Shown here one piece after another: positions 1-12,800 of a stretch of DNA of 64,000 nucleotides; position 1 is the stretch's first letter, and every line of letters begins with the position of its first letter. The position numbers were made by a program, and so were the translations under genes. The notes under the pieces were generated by a model that made no database searches, had not been told where the DNA came from, and was given only the letters and a program-made list of their open reading frames with translations. The stretch is from Raillietiella orientalis (lineage: Eukaryota), in contig JAYWIR010000046.1 of the NCBI GenBank assembly GCA_036172245.1, forward strand, positions 1,426,001 through 1,490,000, read 5' to 3'.

Positions 1-3000
1 CGCCCCTCAGGACGCACTCGACCCCTGGAACAGAGTTTGCAGATCACGAAACGGGCCATCGGATTATCCTCGGGCAGAGTCGACCGGATCTTTTGGTTGC
101 GGGCCGCAAGTGGACACGCGACGAGCCGAAGATCCCAGGCGCGATGGCGCTAGTAGCCGGACCAGCATCCGGCGCGTGGCATGCCCGATGGCTCCCACTT
201 TCGCTACCGCTCACGCATCTTCCTTCCGCTCTCACTGGAAGACCCTCGGATGCGAATGACCCCTGCAAGGGAGAGTCGGAGAACCTATCCTTCCTCTAGG
301 ACCTTGTCCGGCCGGACTGGTGAGCAGCCCTCGAAGAAGAACCCACGCGGGCGCAGGCGAGGATTCATGGCCGCCTCGCTCGCTTCAGCTCTCTTCGGCG
401 GGTCCCAAGGTCACGTTCAGGTCAGGCTGGAGGGAAAAAAAAAAGAAGGATAGGGGAGGGAGTATTTATGGGTGATGAGGTTCGACTCTGGTGTGTTCGT
501 CTGAGGGTGCCACCGGTCTGTCCCGAAATGCGGGAGCCTCCCCGACGAACCAGGCCACTTGAGAAGGTTCGCTGCAAGAACCAGACGTCGACCCGGACAC
601 TCCGCGGAAAAAGGGAAGGAGGGAGAGGAGAAAAACCTTCAGGATTCCTCGGGCTCCACGGGTCGCTCTTCGTGAACGTTCTGTGGTGTGGAATCCGCAG
701 CAGCGAGACAACGCACCACATCTCAAACTTCTAGCAGGAGCGCCGCGAGCCGACAGGGAGGAGACCTCCGAACGGGCGGGGGCGGGTAGAGGCATCGACC
801 GCTACACAGCGGATCGGGACGTAGCCCCGGGGCGGCAGCCAGCAGGCGAACGGCAGCAACGCCGTTCTTCGGCGGGCTGCGGGCCCGTTCAGCCAAAAAT
901 CCTCTCCGACGACTCGGGCGCCTCCTGCGAGATGGCAGCAGCTGCGCAGCAACATGGCTGGGAGGCGAAGAGGTGCAGCGGAGCTGAGGCAGGGCAACCC
1001 GCTAGAGCAGTCACACAGGGAGGAAGAGGTTGCGCGGAGGACAGGACTCCTCGCGCCCTCCGTGGATGCTAGCAGACTCGTCCTGAGGGGCCGACCGGAA
1101 GTTTCCGCGTGGAGCCGAGAAGCTTACAGTCCCTGTGGGAGGAGGGCGGCAAGAGGGCTACCCTGTCTCTCTCTTCCTCTTCGTGCACCCTTTCGCAAAG
1201 CCCAAGCAGAAAGCCGCACCTGAGTCTCCTCATGAGCCGGAGTTCCCGATGACCCGGGCTCCGGCTAATCTACGGCACGATGATGACCCCTACTTCAATC
1301 GGTTAGCCCGCGCGTGGCGTCTTCCCTGCGGGAGCGCCTTCCCCCTTGAGATCCTGACCCTTCGAGTGAGCGGACGGGGCTGCTCCCGAAGTTCCAGATT
1401 CATTGCGGGCGGATGGTCATCTTCGAGCGCCTCGAGCCATGCCCGGTCTCCCGCTCCTGGCGAAACAAACCCAGAGACGAGGTTCCCTCCGGAGGTTCGC
1501 CTGCGGCATCTAATCGGCCTCATCTGGTGCGCGAGGACTCCCCGCTGACCCACTCCATTTCTAGAAGCCTCACCGGACTGTGGGGGACAAATGCTGACCT
1601 CCAAGAACCTTCCAAAGATTCCTCTCCCCTCCCTCACCCCCCTCCTCATCCCCGAAATCCCCATCGTCGTCGCGCTGGCAACGCCCTCCACCCTTCCATC
1701 CCCCTGAGAAGGGTGTGCAAACGGACTCCTCGTGCTTCCTTAGGGAACGCGGATTTTCCTCTCGGATAGCCTCCTCGGAGCAGCACGTAGCTGGCGGAGC
1801 GGAGATCCTTCCTGGGAAATGGGATCACAAGGTCCGAAGGACCCGAGCTGCAGCGTTTGCAGCTTCCGTAGCGCAAGCGTCTCAGCGTTCTTGCGGGCCA
1901 AGAGCCCTCGTACTGCCCCAGGGGAACCCGCTTGCCTTCCCGCTATCCACGATCTGAGCGCGTCGCGCTCGCGCCTCCCGCGCACGTTTCTGAGAGGGAG
2001 GGAGGAAGAGGAGAACTGCTTCCGAAGGCGTCCTAGCGATAACGCGACGTTGGCAGCAGCCCCCTCCGTCGTAACAGCCCCCGGCTCCGCGTGCAGCATC
2101 CGTCCCGAAATTGCTCCCCATTCCTCTGCCTGCCTGCGGCCGACCGCCTCCGGGAAGGCAGAGAGGTGGACTCAGCTGGGAGCCGGACCGAGCCGCTTGT
2201 TCGAACGTCCGCCGCCGCGCCTCTCAGTGGAACCGCGTGCGCGCGCCTTCTCTCAGATCGCCCGAACTGATGTGGAGAGGTGTCCTGCTGGACGATCCGC
2301 CGCGCAGCAATGTGGGAGGTTGCGGACCGTCAGGAGTCAATTGGCTGACTTCATTAGCGTTTCTTAATGGCTCCTGTCAACTTTCTAAAGCGAGATGGCT
2401 CTGCCGAAACGCGCCGCCTCCGCACCGAGTCAGACAGGCAAAGACGCCTTCTGGCGGAGAGGCCCATCGCTGAATCAGGGAGGGCACAGGCATGAGAGCA
2501 GCACACCAGGCAGAAGTGTCCTCCGCTGTGTGCCAGCGAAAGCGCGCGGAAGGAAGCCTGCCCTGCCATGTGCCGACAGCCACCCTGCTCTGACCAGACC
2601 TTTTTGCCTGATTGCCGTCGTGGGAGGGCAGGAATCGGAAGGTCTGGGCACTCTTGTCTGCCACCACTCCCTTCAGTGAGAGATTTTCGTTTCTTCACCC
2701 CGTCCTTCTTCCGAGAGGCATAAGCAGATGAGGCCACTTGGGGGCACCTACGCGGTTCAGTTGCCGGGAGACAGGGAGTCTGAGCGAGTGCCGCTGCTCC
2801 CTCCCTGACCTCTTCTCCCCTTGTCGCCGACCAGTGTGATGGAGCTGTCACAGGGAGGTGGGACTCGGAGCTGCGTCTCCTTGGATCCCCGGCTGGGCCT
2901 AACGTAGTCCCTTCCCGTCCACGTGGGCCCACGTGGCCTGAGCCGCTTCCGCGCAGGGCGAAGGTCCCCCCGTGGAAGCAAATGTGCACACCCACGGGAG

Positions 3001-5750
3001 GAAGAGTCATTGGGTGGTGCTCCCTTTCGTTTGGAACGATCAGAGGGAGGAGGACCCCACTCAGAGTGCAACCGTTGCCCCAAGGGTTGGCTCTGCCAGG
3101 GGTATTTCACACCCTGTGCGAGGCCCCGAAGAGCCTTTCAGGACATCGATTGCAGGGAGGAGCAGAAAATGTCCCTCCCTCCTGCCTCTCACTTGCTCTC
3201 GCTTCGGCGGGGAAGGGGAGGCGGACCCCTAACAGGCTGAGAGATGAGGGAGATGGAAGGGAGGAGCGTGACGAACGCCTTCGAGCCTCGATCGGTAGCC
3301 TCCACCCACCCCCTCGAATCATGTAGCTCTCCAATACCCAGAAGGGTGTTCCTGGAAGCACCTGCCAAGGGGACAGTCCGCTCGGGCGGAGGATGTGCCC
3401 TGACAACGGGAGACGTCGTCGAATTGCGGCGACCCATCTCCCTCCCATTGGAAAGAGGAAGACAAGAAGGGTGAGGAGGAAAGCCGAGGTCGTCAACCCT
3501 TGTCCGCGAGAGCGGGAATGAACAAAATCCACTTACTGGTGGTCAGCTCAGCGCCGGAGACCGTCCATGGAGTCGAAAAGCGCAGGAGAAACAGGAGCAA
3601 GAGGAAGTGCATCGGTCTCACCATGGAGAAGCTTCTCGGGAGAGAGATCGCTGAGGGGAGCCGTTGCTGCGGTGGCTCATGGGAGTCTCGTTGACCGGGC
3701 AGCACCGCCCGAGGCAGAGAACAAGGAGGGAGAGGGGGGCAGGGAGTGAACTCTGGATGACCGGGTGGGATTCTTCTCTCCCTTCGAGGAGAACAGGGGG
3801 GTGTAGAGAGAGGCTTGGAGTCCCAGAGAGCAGTAGCCGCCTAGGGACAACAGGAATGGACAATCTGGTCAGCAGGACGGCTTCGGCTCCCAGGGTCACC
3901 TGAAAAGGTAGGACGAAAGGTGAGACTCGGTTGCATGAGAGGTCTTCTAAACGCTTCCTCCCTCCCTTCCTCGGAGCGGGAGAACTCGGTTCGCTTCTGC
4001 CTGAGATTTCTTCTGAGATTTGGCGCTTCCAGAGGTGACCAAGAGGGACAGAACTTCAGCTGGCCGCGAGCGAGATGCCTCTCTTCGCGGGCCCTAAGCG
4101 GAAAGTCGCATGGCAGTTTAGCCCTGGACTGCGATCCTCGGTCCTAGCGCGCGAGGGATATGTGGGCTGCAGAAGACCACAGCCCGGGGAGACCGCCCAC
4201 AACCGGAAGAGCTCTGCCAGCAGTGTTCCCAAACGTCCTCTTCCCCATGATACTCATGGGTCGACCGGGGGGAGATACAAACTCCAGCTCTTTTCCAGTT
4301 TCTTTTTTTTTTCCTTGTCGCCCCTATCTGCGTCCCGGGAAGTTGCAAGGGTGCCGTTTCCTAGCGTCCTTCGACCCAGGGCGGTAGGGCGAGCAGCTCC
4401 CGTACGCCCGAGGCGCCGACCAGCCGCTGTTCTTTGAATCCGAGAACCCCGAACGACACTGCCGGCCTCCCACTTGCGGTTTGTCACGTGTCGCAACTCC
4501 CTTGGCCCCTTTTATCGACAGGATACCTCCAAAAGTGGTCTCTTTCCGCTCGACACCTCCGGACACCCCGGCTGGACACTGCGCAGAAGCGAAGGAGGTC
4601 AATCTTTCCCCACGGCGACCCCGGACTCTTCTCGATCTTCCTAAAGGGATACAGATCCTCGACTCTGTCGCCAGCCCTCTCCTCCGTTCCTCTCGAAGGG
4701 CATCCTCTGGGGCGGAGGACCCACAGAGCTTGGGAAGATGCCGAGGGACCCGGAGGGCAGAGGAACCCCCCCTTCCCGGCCCCTCACCTCAGCAGTTGGA
4801 GGCTTCTCCCTGTCCTTCTTCCTACAGCGGGATTGTCATTCGCCCACTAGAAAAAGTAGGGGCAGGAGGGAGCAGACAGCGCGCGTTTCCTGGGATGCTG
4901 ACGGTCGGCGCCGTGTTGGACGCGGGAACACCACAGAGCACCCGTCCGACAAGCCGCACGCACGCACGCACGCATGCACTGACAGCTCCTCCGTCCCGCT
5001 CGCCACCTTTTCTTAAGCGCCGAGCCCGCGGGCCATCCAACCGTCCCCACCCGGCGGGGAGCGGTCACCGTCGTGCGCCCGCTCCGCAAGCAGCAGCCGC
5101 CGCCGCGGGCGCTCGCGAGGAGTCTCGCATCCCTCCACCGCCGCCCCTTGGGACCTGCCCCGAGGAGAAATCCGGACACCCTTCCCCTCTCGGAGAACAT
5201 CCCGCCCTCCGAAGAAGGGCAGCCATCTAGCAACCAGACGCCCTCGCGGGACAGGGACCTTTTCTCTAGAAGCCGCCTCATCCTTGATGCCCCCAGGCGA
5301 ATTCCCAGAGGTTTATAGGCCGAAAAAATCTCGAGACCGCCTCGGAGCAACCTGCGCTCCGTCTGAGAGTGCCACTGGAGAAAACGGCAGCTCGCGAGAG
5401 TCCACAGCCCCACGACCGAGGAGGGGGGGAGGAGGAAAGGGAGACGTTGGCTGGAGGGTCACCCTTGAAGCGTTGCCGAGAGAACGGAAACACTTGCTCC
5501 TCCCGACGCCGAGGAAAGGAGAGGATCACCGCCTGGACTGCGGCTCTTGGTCCCGATGTGCGGGAGAGGAACTGCAGGAGACCATCGTCCGGGAGACGGC
5601 CTGCAACCAAGGGGCGCCGCCGGCTGTATCCACGAACGCTCTCTTCCCCACGGCTCTTCCTGTGGAAGAGAACCCAAGGAAAGAGGAGACTTTGCGATGC
5701 CTGAATTTTTTCATCCGGTCATTTTATTAAAAAATAGACTGGGACTGTAA
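1..5750. mobile_element. GC-rich, heavily decayed non-LTR retrotransposon (Tx1/L1-like) fragments in mixed orientation
   Basis: RT-like motif on + at ~1135-1195 (GGGRQEGYPVSLFLFV resembles RGVRQGCPLSPLLF). APE-like tail on - at ~500-700 (DPWSPRNP...VRVDVWFL). Composition resembles the clearer LINE pieces. Boundaries not resolved. Confidence 0.4.
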
Positions 5751-7600
5751 AGAGGTCTCGATCAAGGGGAGGTCCACCGACATGCAGGCCGGGATACCCA
5801 AAAGTCTGGAACGGGGGAAAAGAGGAGGGAAAACAAGAACTGGGGTAGTTACGGAGCGAAAAGGAGGGGATTGAATGAGGAAAAAACAAAAAAATTATAA
5901 CAAAGGGATGCTAGGGTGAAAGGTCACCGGTGTGCGCCGTTCCTTTCTGTCAAAACCGTCTCTGGATGGATGCCGGCGATCTCCTCCGTGTCTTCCTCTT
6001 CCAGGTGACGCCACCTTGCAGCCGTCCTCATGTAGGCGGCGCTACCATCCCGGTGACCTCTCTTAGCTGCATCGTCGACTTCAGCACATGGCGGGCCGTA
6101 ACGATGGTGCAGACGCAACCCATCGCTGCAATCATCGCGCCCGGCGCTAAGAACCGTCGCAGCAGGTTGCGGCGTCCCCCCCTAGTGAAGGAGCGCTGAT
6201 GCCAGCCTCCGCCACAGTTCCTGGAGAACGCTGCATTGCAAAAGCAGGTGCGGCGGGATCAACTCCCTAAACCCATATCTGGAACAACAGTTTGGGGATG
6301 CAACCCCTCCGGCAACCAGAGTCCCGGAGCTCGTTACACTGGAATCTTCAATGAAGAACAGCACAGCCTGTTTCCAAGAGACGTGCAACACAGAAGTGTC
6401 CAGACAATGGGGAGGGACCACAGGTTCTTCGGGGGGAACACTCAAAGGTTCACTCCATCGAAAGAGTCCCGTGGCCGCGGTGAGCGGAGTGGCAGAACCC
6501 ACCAACTCGCGCGTCTTTCAGCAGCCAAGGAGTTTCATCCTTCCCGCGATGGTGCAGGAAAATTTCTACCTCCTCGGTCGGCTACTGTCTTTCTTTCCCA
6601 GAGCGCAGACAGTGCTGCGGTGAGGGATATGGTAGCCAGAATCGACCACTTTGCCGTGTCCTGCATCACCACTTCCAAGGCAACAAAGGTCAAAGATCTT
6701 CAGGGACATTCCCTGGAATGCAGCCCTGGACTCAACAGCCTCCTGCCATTAAAGTTCATTGGGCGGAAGAGGTTCACACTTGGACTTCCACTAGGGAGGA
6801 GAGTTGCCTCAGGGAAAAAACTAATTCCCCGCATCCTGCGATGGGTTCTCGGCAGCAACGAGAGTGGCCTTCGCTGCCGGCGCATCTCCGCAGGATGAGT
6901 TGCGCAAGCGCACACGCGGGAAAGTCCAGAGCCGGATGTGAAGACCCAGAAGTGGGCCCGGACGGTTGTGGCAGGAGAGGGCACTTTCAGGGAAAAAGCT
7001 GCAGCTGCTTGAGACCGGACGGGTCGCAGCAGGAGAGGCTCGCTGCCTCAAGCAGGTGTGGTCCAGACCGAAGAGCTGATCGCCAAGATGCTGCCCAAGG
7101 GGAGTCGTCACAGTCTTCTGGTCCTTCGGCAGCAGTCCTGACTGATGCCAGCCTCTTGGGTCCCTCAAGGAGTGTTCCCTCACTTGCGCGATCCAGCCAT
7201 CCCCATCATGGATCCTCCTATTTCTCCCGCGTGCCGGTAGCAGGAGCCTTCCTGCGTGGTAAGCCTCACGGGCGTATACTGAAAATCGACCCTGCGATCG
7301 GACCCGAGAGGCGCTTGGCGCGGTGTCTGTCCTCCCCTCCGGTAAGCAGGGATCGCCTTCCTCTTTTTCTTCCTCCTCCTCCTCCTTTCACGTACGCCTT
7401 GCTGCTGCGTGGCCGATCCAGTTCCAAGATCTCTGACCTGGAACGCCGAGTATGATTTCCGTGCATTCCGAGTTTCCATGGAACCACGGAAACGAGGTGA
7501 TAGTCCGTCGGGCCTTATACGAAGAGCTGACCACGTCCGCCTCTTCCCCGCCGGCTCTCCTCCTGGGCTTCTGTTAGAGGAAAAGACTCTCCGACACCTG
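5740..7600 (-). mobile_element. Decayed Tx1/L1-like LINE 3' portion (C-terminal zinc-binding region and 3' UTR)
   Basis: RELIPPHLLLQCSVLQELWRRLASAL aligns with RETFPHLLIECVALRRTWYRLLSAI of the 42607-43227 LINE ORF. AYMRTAARWRHL resembles ISMEKASRWRRL. A pyrimidine-rich 3' UTR follows on the minus strand. Confidence 0.65.
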
Positions 7601-7726
7601 TCGCTGCCCGCAGCAGCTCTGCGCCCGCGGTAAGCGCCAGCTGTTCATCCAGGAGGCTCCTCCCGGACGAAGCGGGAATCGTCTTGGCTACAGGTAGGGG
7701 GAAAGTCGCTTCCGAAAGGCTCGATA

Positions 7727-8003
7727 GCAGGGACGCGGGATGAAGCCGAGCTGCGTGACAGCACAGCTTTCGTCCCGTCATTCCAGGAGCGGTCCCAACC
7801 GCGGGCATGGCAGGGAGACATGTACGACGGAAGGGCTCGTCTCACCCTCCCCCCGCTCTTCGCTCCCATTTGGCTCCCGGGACCCGAAAGTCTATCCTTC
7901 ACCCTCTTCACCTGCGTCATTCCAGGAGTGGTCCCAACTGCTCCTGGAATGGCGGGACGAAAGCTGTGCTGTCACGCGGCTCGGCTTCATCCCGCGTCCC
8001 TGC
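7727..8003. repeat. 64-bp inverted repeat (7727-7790 / 7940-8003) with an internal 24-bp direct repeat
   Basis: Arms are reverse complements with 2 mismatches. cgtcattccaggagYggtcccaac occurs at 7776-7799 and 7915-7938. Confidence 0.9.
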
Positions 8004-9059
8004 CTACTCTTTTTTGCTGTCTGGGGATTCCGATCGTCTTCTCTGGTTGAACGAGGGTGCCTCAGATATGTCCTCGAAATGACTTTTTCGACCGAGGTGC
8101 ACTTCTCGAATGATCGACAAACCTCTTCCTCCATTCCCCCCAACCCCCACCCCTTCATCTGGTGCCAGAAGGAGCGGTCCTGGTGCTTCTTAGCCCCCGC
8201 AGACTCGTGAGCAGACCGAGCGGCTTCCCTCCTGAGTGCGTCGAAAGAAGGGACCGTGCAGAAATGAAGACAAGGCCTCTGCCCCCAAGATGGAGACGCC
8301 ACCCAACCCCGGACGAGCTGCATGGGCGGGCTGGGTGACCCTGCGCCCTCGGAGCGACCTTTGCCCAGTCAGGCTCGCGCCTGGAAGGGAGCGCTAGAGA
8401 AGATGCACCTGCACCTGACGGGACGACCCAAAAGGAGGAGGACCACATGTTCCTAAGCTGCCTCTGCAACGATTCAGCAACTCCTTGCGCTTCCGTTGCC
8501 ACCGCACCGCCACCCGACCGCTCCTCTCTCACCATTTGTTCATTACCCCAGTTCCTGCCGCCTCCATCCCTCTGAGTGCACGGTCTCATCACGACTTTGT
8601 CCCCATCTCCTTGTGTGTTCCTTGCCTCCTCACGTACCCACTGTTGTGTCACCACGTCATTCCCGTGGTCCTCGCTCCCCCATTCCCTGTGATTTGATTT
8701 GTTCTCATCTTTGCAGATGTTTATCACCTCTTGATGCGCATCTTTGTTTCGTTCCTTGTGATCTTGTTGCTCCCCCCTTCCCCTCCTTCCCTTCCGTTAT
8801 CCGATGCATTGACTCTTCCCCTCTAGACTACGTCGGTCGCTCTCGCGAGGTGCTTGGGGTGTACCTGTGTGCACTGGATTGGATCCAAAAGTGCCCTCGA
8901 GTTGCATAGCTCGTGCACTGTGGGAGAGGGAGGCAGCGCCATCTAATAGCGAAACGAAGTAGTGACGCGTAAGTTCTCCAAGGAGCAGCAAACACCGGCG
9001 AAAAACATCTCTTTCTTCTATTCTTTTCACCATTATCGGACGTAATCGTCAGATGCGCG

Positions 9060-9340
9060 CCATTGCAGCAGATGGGAACCGTGGAATGCGATCCGAATAC
9101 GATGAAGAGAGTGATTCTTATGGATTGCTTTAGCTGTTCCACTAATAGCGTCGAATTATTCTGATGTTGCAGCGATTACTGCCACTTCTGCCTTGAAGTG
9201 ATCGGACCGAAGGATGAAAATCTTCGTCATTCGTGTTGCATACATGCAGCCATAAGCGCTGCGTGTTTGTGTGGTGTAGAAGTGGCTCCTCGCAGCGCTA
9301 TTTCCGTGATTTTCCTGCCGGGAATCCACCACGCGAGCTA
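9060..9340 (-). pseudogene. Possible F5/8 type C (discoidin) domain relic
   Basis: Minus-strand RKITEIALRG (cf. KITAIATQG) followed by TKIFILRSDH (cf. KVF.GNSD), with frameshifts. Confidence 0.3.
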
Positions 9341-10108
9341 TGAATAGCTTGCAATGAAATGGGATTGTAACTGTTGCAATTAGATGTGATTTTCCTTTGT
9401 ATCAAGATGGAGACCACTGCAAAGCATGACCAGGCTGAAAAATGGTGTTTAACGAATCAGTAAATCAGCATGCGCACATGCACTCTCCCAATAAGCAAAA
9501 ATAGCCAATGGCTGTGAAATGAATTCTGACTCCGTAAAGGCTGCTTCGGAAAACCAGTGAATACGACGCTCATCACGTGATATCGATTTTTCGGCAGAGT
9601 GCGAGCAAACTGATTGCCTCTCCTGTGCTGCATCTCGACCAAGTCCGAGGAGCAGACCTGTGAACACTCATTTTCTTTTTCCTGGCCGGAGCATTGTTTT
9701 CACGGCACGCAAGTACTTGGCAACGGCCAATCCTTCCAGAAAATTACGCGTCCCCTCGGTGGTTCTGCAGACTTTTGTGCGACTGCTAATACGCAGCCCT
9801 GCAAACAAATCAAGTCGTGAGTGTGAAACTTTGTCTTCGGAGACGCAGTCAAAAACATGCCGATACTAATGCTTGCGTGTTTTGGTCCGATTTCTCCTTT
9901 CCCTCTTGGCTGCGGAGATGACTCTACAGATGATCTCCCACTCAGCAATTCAGTCATTGAATTCATTACGTGCATGCTTTGGATTGATTGTCATTTGTGC
10001 TGACGTCACGTTGGGTCGCCGAAGAACAATGTCGATCAGGATCTGGAAACGACTAGTAGAGAAGAAATGATTCTGCAAAAAATGTTAAACTGTTTTTCTC
10101 TTGTTCTT

Positions 10109-10113
<5 letters not shown>

Positions 10114-10146
<33 letters not shown>
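10114..10146 (+). repeat. Poly(A) tract, 33 nt
   Basis: Directly visible. Confidence 0.95.
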
Positions 10147-10147
<1 letters not shown>

Positions 10148-10502
10148 AAGCAGTCATTCATGTAGACAAATAATTATTTACATTCAAGTGAGGATGATAG
10201 GACACTTCGTGGGACCAACATCGACTCAAGGACTTAGAGTTGCACGAGAGAACTTTCCCTCCTTCTGTCTTCAAGGAAAACATGATGCACTGCTGCTTTC
10301 AGGATGCTTCCCAGCAACGATCTCGTTTTAGGCATAAAAGGCCTTTATAAATGAAAGGAGGAGGAAGCACCGATGATAGAGGATGAGTGCAGTCGCAAAG
10401 ACCCGAGCTGTGTGCCAACCGATGTTTGTCTGCCAATAAGAAGCGGAGTGTCCACCAAAGGATTTTTAGAAATTGCATCCGCAAAAATACGAGGCGCAGA
10501 TA

Positions 10503-11080
10503 TACGAGGCGCATCTCAAACGTAAGGACCGATCTGATATAAAGAAAGAACAAATAAGAGAAACAAAATGCATCAGTGGTTCTAAACATATACATACCCG
10601 TGTCTTTTTTCTACGTAGTCCCCATTTTTTTGCAAACACTTTTGATACCGTGGAAGAAGCTTTTTGAAACCTTCTGCATAAGGTTCCGCCGCCTGGGAGT
10701 TCAGCCAGTTCAGCAGCACTGTAGTTTTCAACGCCTCACTTTCCTCGAATCGCTTAGCCACTTCTTGAGGTGCAGGAAGAGGTGGTAGCTCACTGGGCTC
10801 GAGGTTTGGACTGTAAGGTGGGTGATCAAAAAGTTCCCATTTGAATTTTCGAATTGTTTGGAATGAGTGAACAGCAGTGTGTGGGATCAAAAGGGTGTGC
10901 TTTTGGTAGACTTTATGAGGCCTGGAACAACCATTATTTCTCAAGTCTAATGCGAAGCACTCTCAAAACTGCAGCGTGCCACTCAGAAACGATGATGTGG
11001 AATGCTGGGATCAGGAATTGTTCTCCTTCACGACAACGCGCGCCTTGGCAACAGTACGCATCATGTCTCAAGTTGTGCAA
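10503..11080 (-). mobile_element. Mariner (Tc1/mariner) transposon remnant, 3' half, with an internal inversion
   Basis: Minus strand: PHTA...WELFDHPPYSPNLEPS...RYQKCLQKNGDYVEK, ending in a terminus reading TA-cgaggcgcatc on + at 10503. Plus strand ~10882-11043: WDQKGVLLVDF...GIVLLHDNAR with stops. Confidence 0.9.
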
Positions 11081-11229
11081 CAATTTCCAGCTCATCTCGC
11101 ATCCATGATTACTCGGGAAGTAGTACGAAATCACAACATGGGTGCTGAACGACAACTGTAGTATGTTATCTGGAAGAAGCAAAAGGTACTGTCTTTGCAC
11201 ACACGACGCGACGGATGATCTACGCCATC

Positions 11230-12800
11230 GAGGTGGCCCTCTCATGAAATCTCTCACCCACTGCCTACCCTTTTCTGCTGTATGGGGATTCCGATCGTCT
11301 TCTCTGGTTGAATGAGGGTGCCTCAGATGTGTCCTCGAGGTGATTTTTTCGACCGCGGTGCACTTCTCAAATGATTGATAAAACCTATTCCTCCCTTCCC
11401 CCATCCCTTCTTCAAATTCTGCCGCAGGAGCGAATGCTCTGAATCGCCGAAATGGGATTCAGGCCCTCTTTCAGATCTTTGTATGGGAACAAGGGCGACA
11501 AAAAAATGGCAATGGAAACCTGCAGTCTGCTCAAGAAATTCACGAAACCTGCAATAAATTCTACGCTCTTATTACTGAGGAGCTTTGCCTTGATGAAGAC
11601 ATTTTTTTCTCCATTCCATGCGGACGGATCTCTCGGGAAGGACAAATCCCAGATGGCATGGCAGATCCTCATGCACAGGTCGGAGACTTGTGAAACTGTT
11701 TTGCTGAAAAGTCCGTCCTCGCAGAGAGCCGGTGGGCTCTCCCTACATGCATGGATCATGCACACTTGATCTCCCACTGATTTTATCGCTTTTGAAAATT
11801 TCCATGGCCAAGATGGAGCTTTGCTCCTACGGGGGCTTGTCCGCTGATATCTTCTTTTCTTTGCTGGTATAGGTTCCTTGTTTCCTCTCTGTAAAAATGG
11901 TTCGTGTCATCCATCGCCAAGGAGTGTTGTTGGAGAGTAAGCGGAGTACCTCTGAGTGCTCTGTACGAAAGCCTTTTCCTTCGTCGAGCGGCCAACATCT
12001 CAATTTGCATTCGCCCTACGGTCACTCACGAGAGTTGTATTTCGGAAGCCGGGTCACGGACAGGCACTGTTGATGCTTGCCCTGTTCTCAGGAACTTTGT
12101 CCTTTGATTTCTTGATGGACAGTCCGGCTCTTCTTGACAACTTCTCGATGTTTTCTTGGTCGAGAATCCGGGAGATTGACAGTCCTTAAGGTGTTGCGTC
12201 ATCCTTCTGATGCTCTCCCACGCAGCTCGAGTCTTTCCTTGGACTTCATTAGCATTTTCAAGTGCGCAAGTACTCCTCCAGCCTTTGCAGAAGATCCATG
12301 AACTATTTTTTCGCATATTCTTTATCCCTGCATTTTCTCTCCTTCGCGATGGTCCCTGGATGTCCCTGGTCCCTTTCACCTCAGTGTTTATCTGCTTAGT
12401 TCAGCAGTGCTGTGCTCATCATCAAGTTGAAGCACAAATTCACTTCCCACCTCAGCAGCGAATCCTCTGCTCTATGGAGACGAAAGCTGGTTGGAAACAT
12501 CCTTTTTCCCTGTTTGCTATGCTGGCCACGCGACGATGAGAGAAATGAGAGAAGTCGCCAGCTCCAACACCATTGTCAACAGTAATTTCTTGAACTCCTG
12601 AGCTTATCGGATTCCATGTCATCCTGATCTTCACTTAACCGGCTGCATCTCGGAAACCGCAGTTGACAGGCCTGATGCTTCTGTTAGGTCCCACGTGATG
12701 GGAACGCTTAGGTTTCGGCATCTTCGCCTGCCCGATGCAGTCAGCCGGCTTCACATCACCGTCAAGCAATGGAATCTTCTTCGCTGTCTGGATGACTCTT
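11230..12800 (-). mobile_element. Decayed Tx1/L1-like LINE ORF2 (endonuclease end, linker, RT start)
   Basis: ENANEVQGKTRAAWE (cf. linker GAQIRSRARW). WEIKCA*SM and SPPALCEDGLFSK...PSAWNGEKNVFIKAK (cf. EIk.Ai..m, KSPGPDGL...P.sW...lipK). Many frameshifts. About 140 bp is shared with 8010-8150. Confidence 0.6.

Noticed and set aside
1..8900. Many overlapping 60-250 aa ORFs as real genes
   Set aside because: Expected in GC-rich sequence. They are Arg/Pro/Ser-rich with no host-gene motifs; the recognisable motifs belong to broken LINE frames.
10114..10146. Poly(A) tail of a processed pseudogene
   Set aside because: No AATAAA at the expected distance, no identifiable plus-strand parent ORF and no target-site duplication seen.
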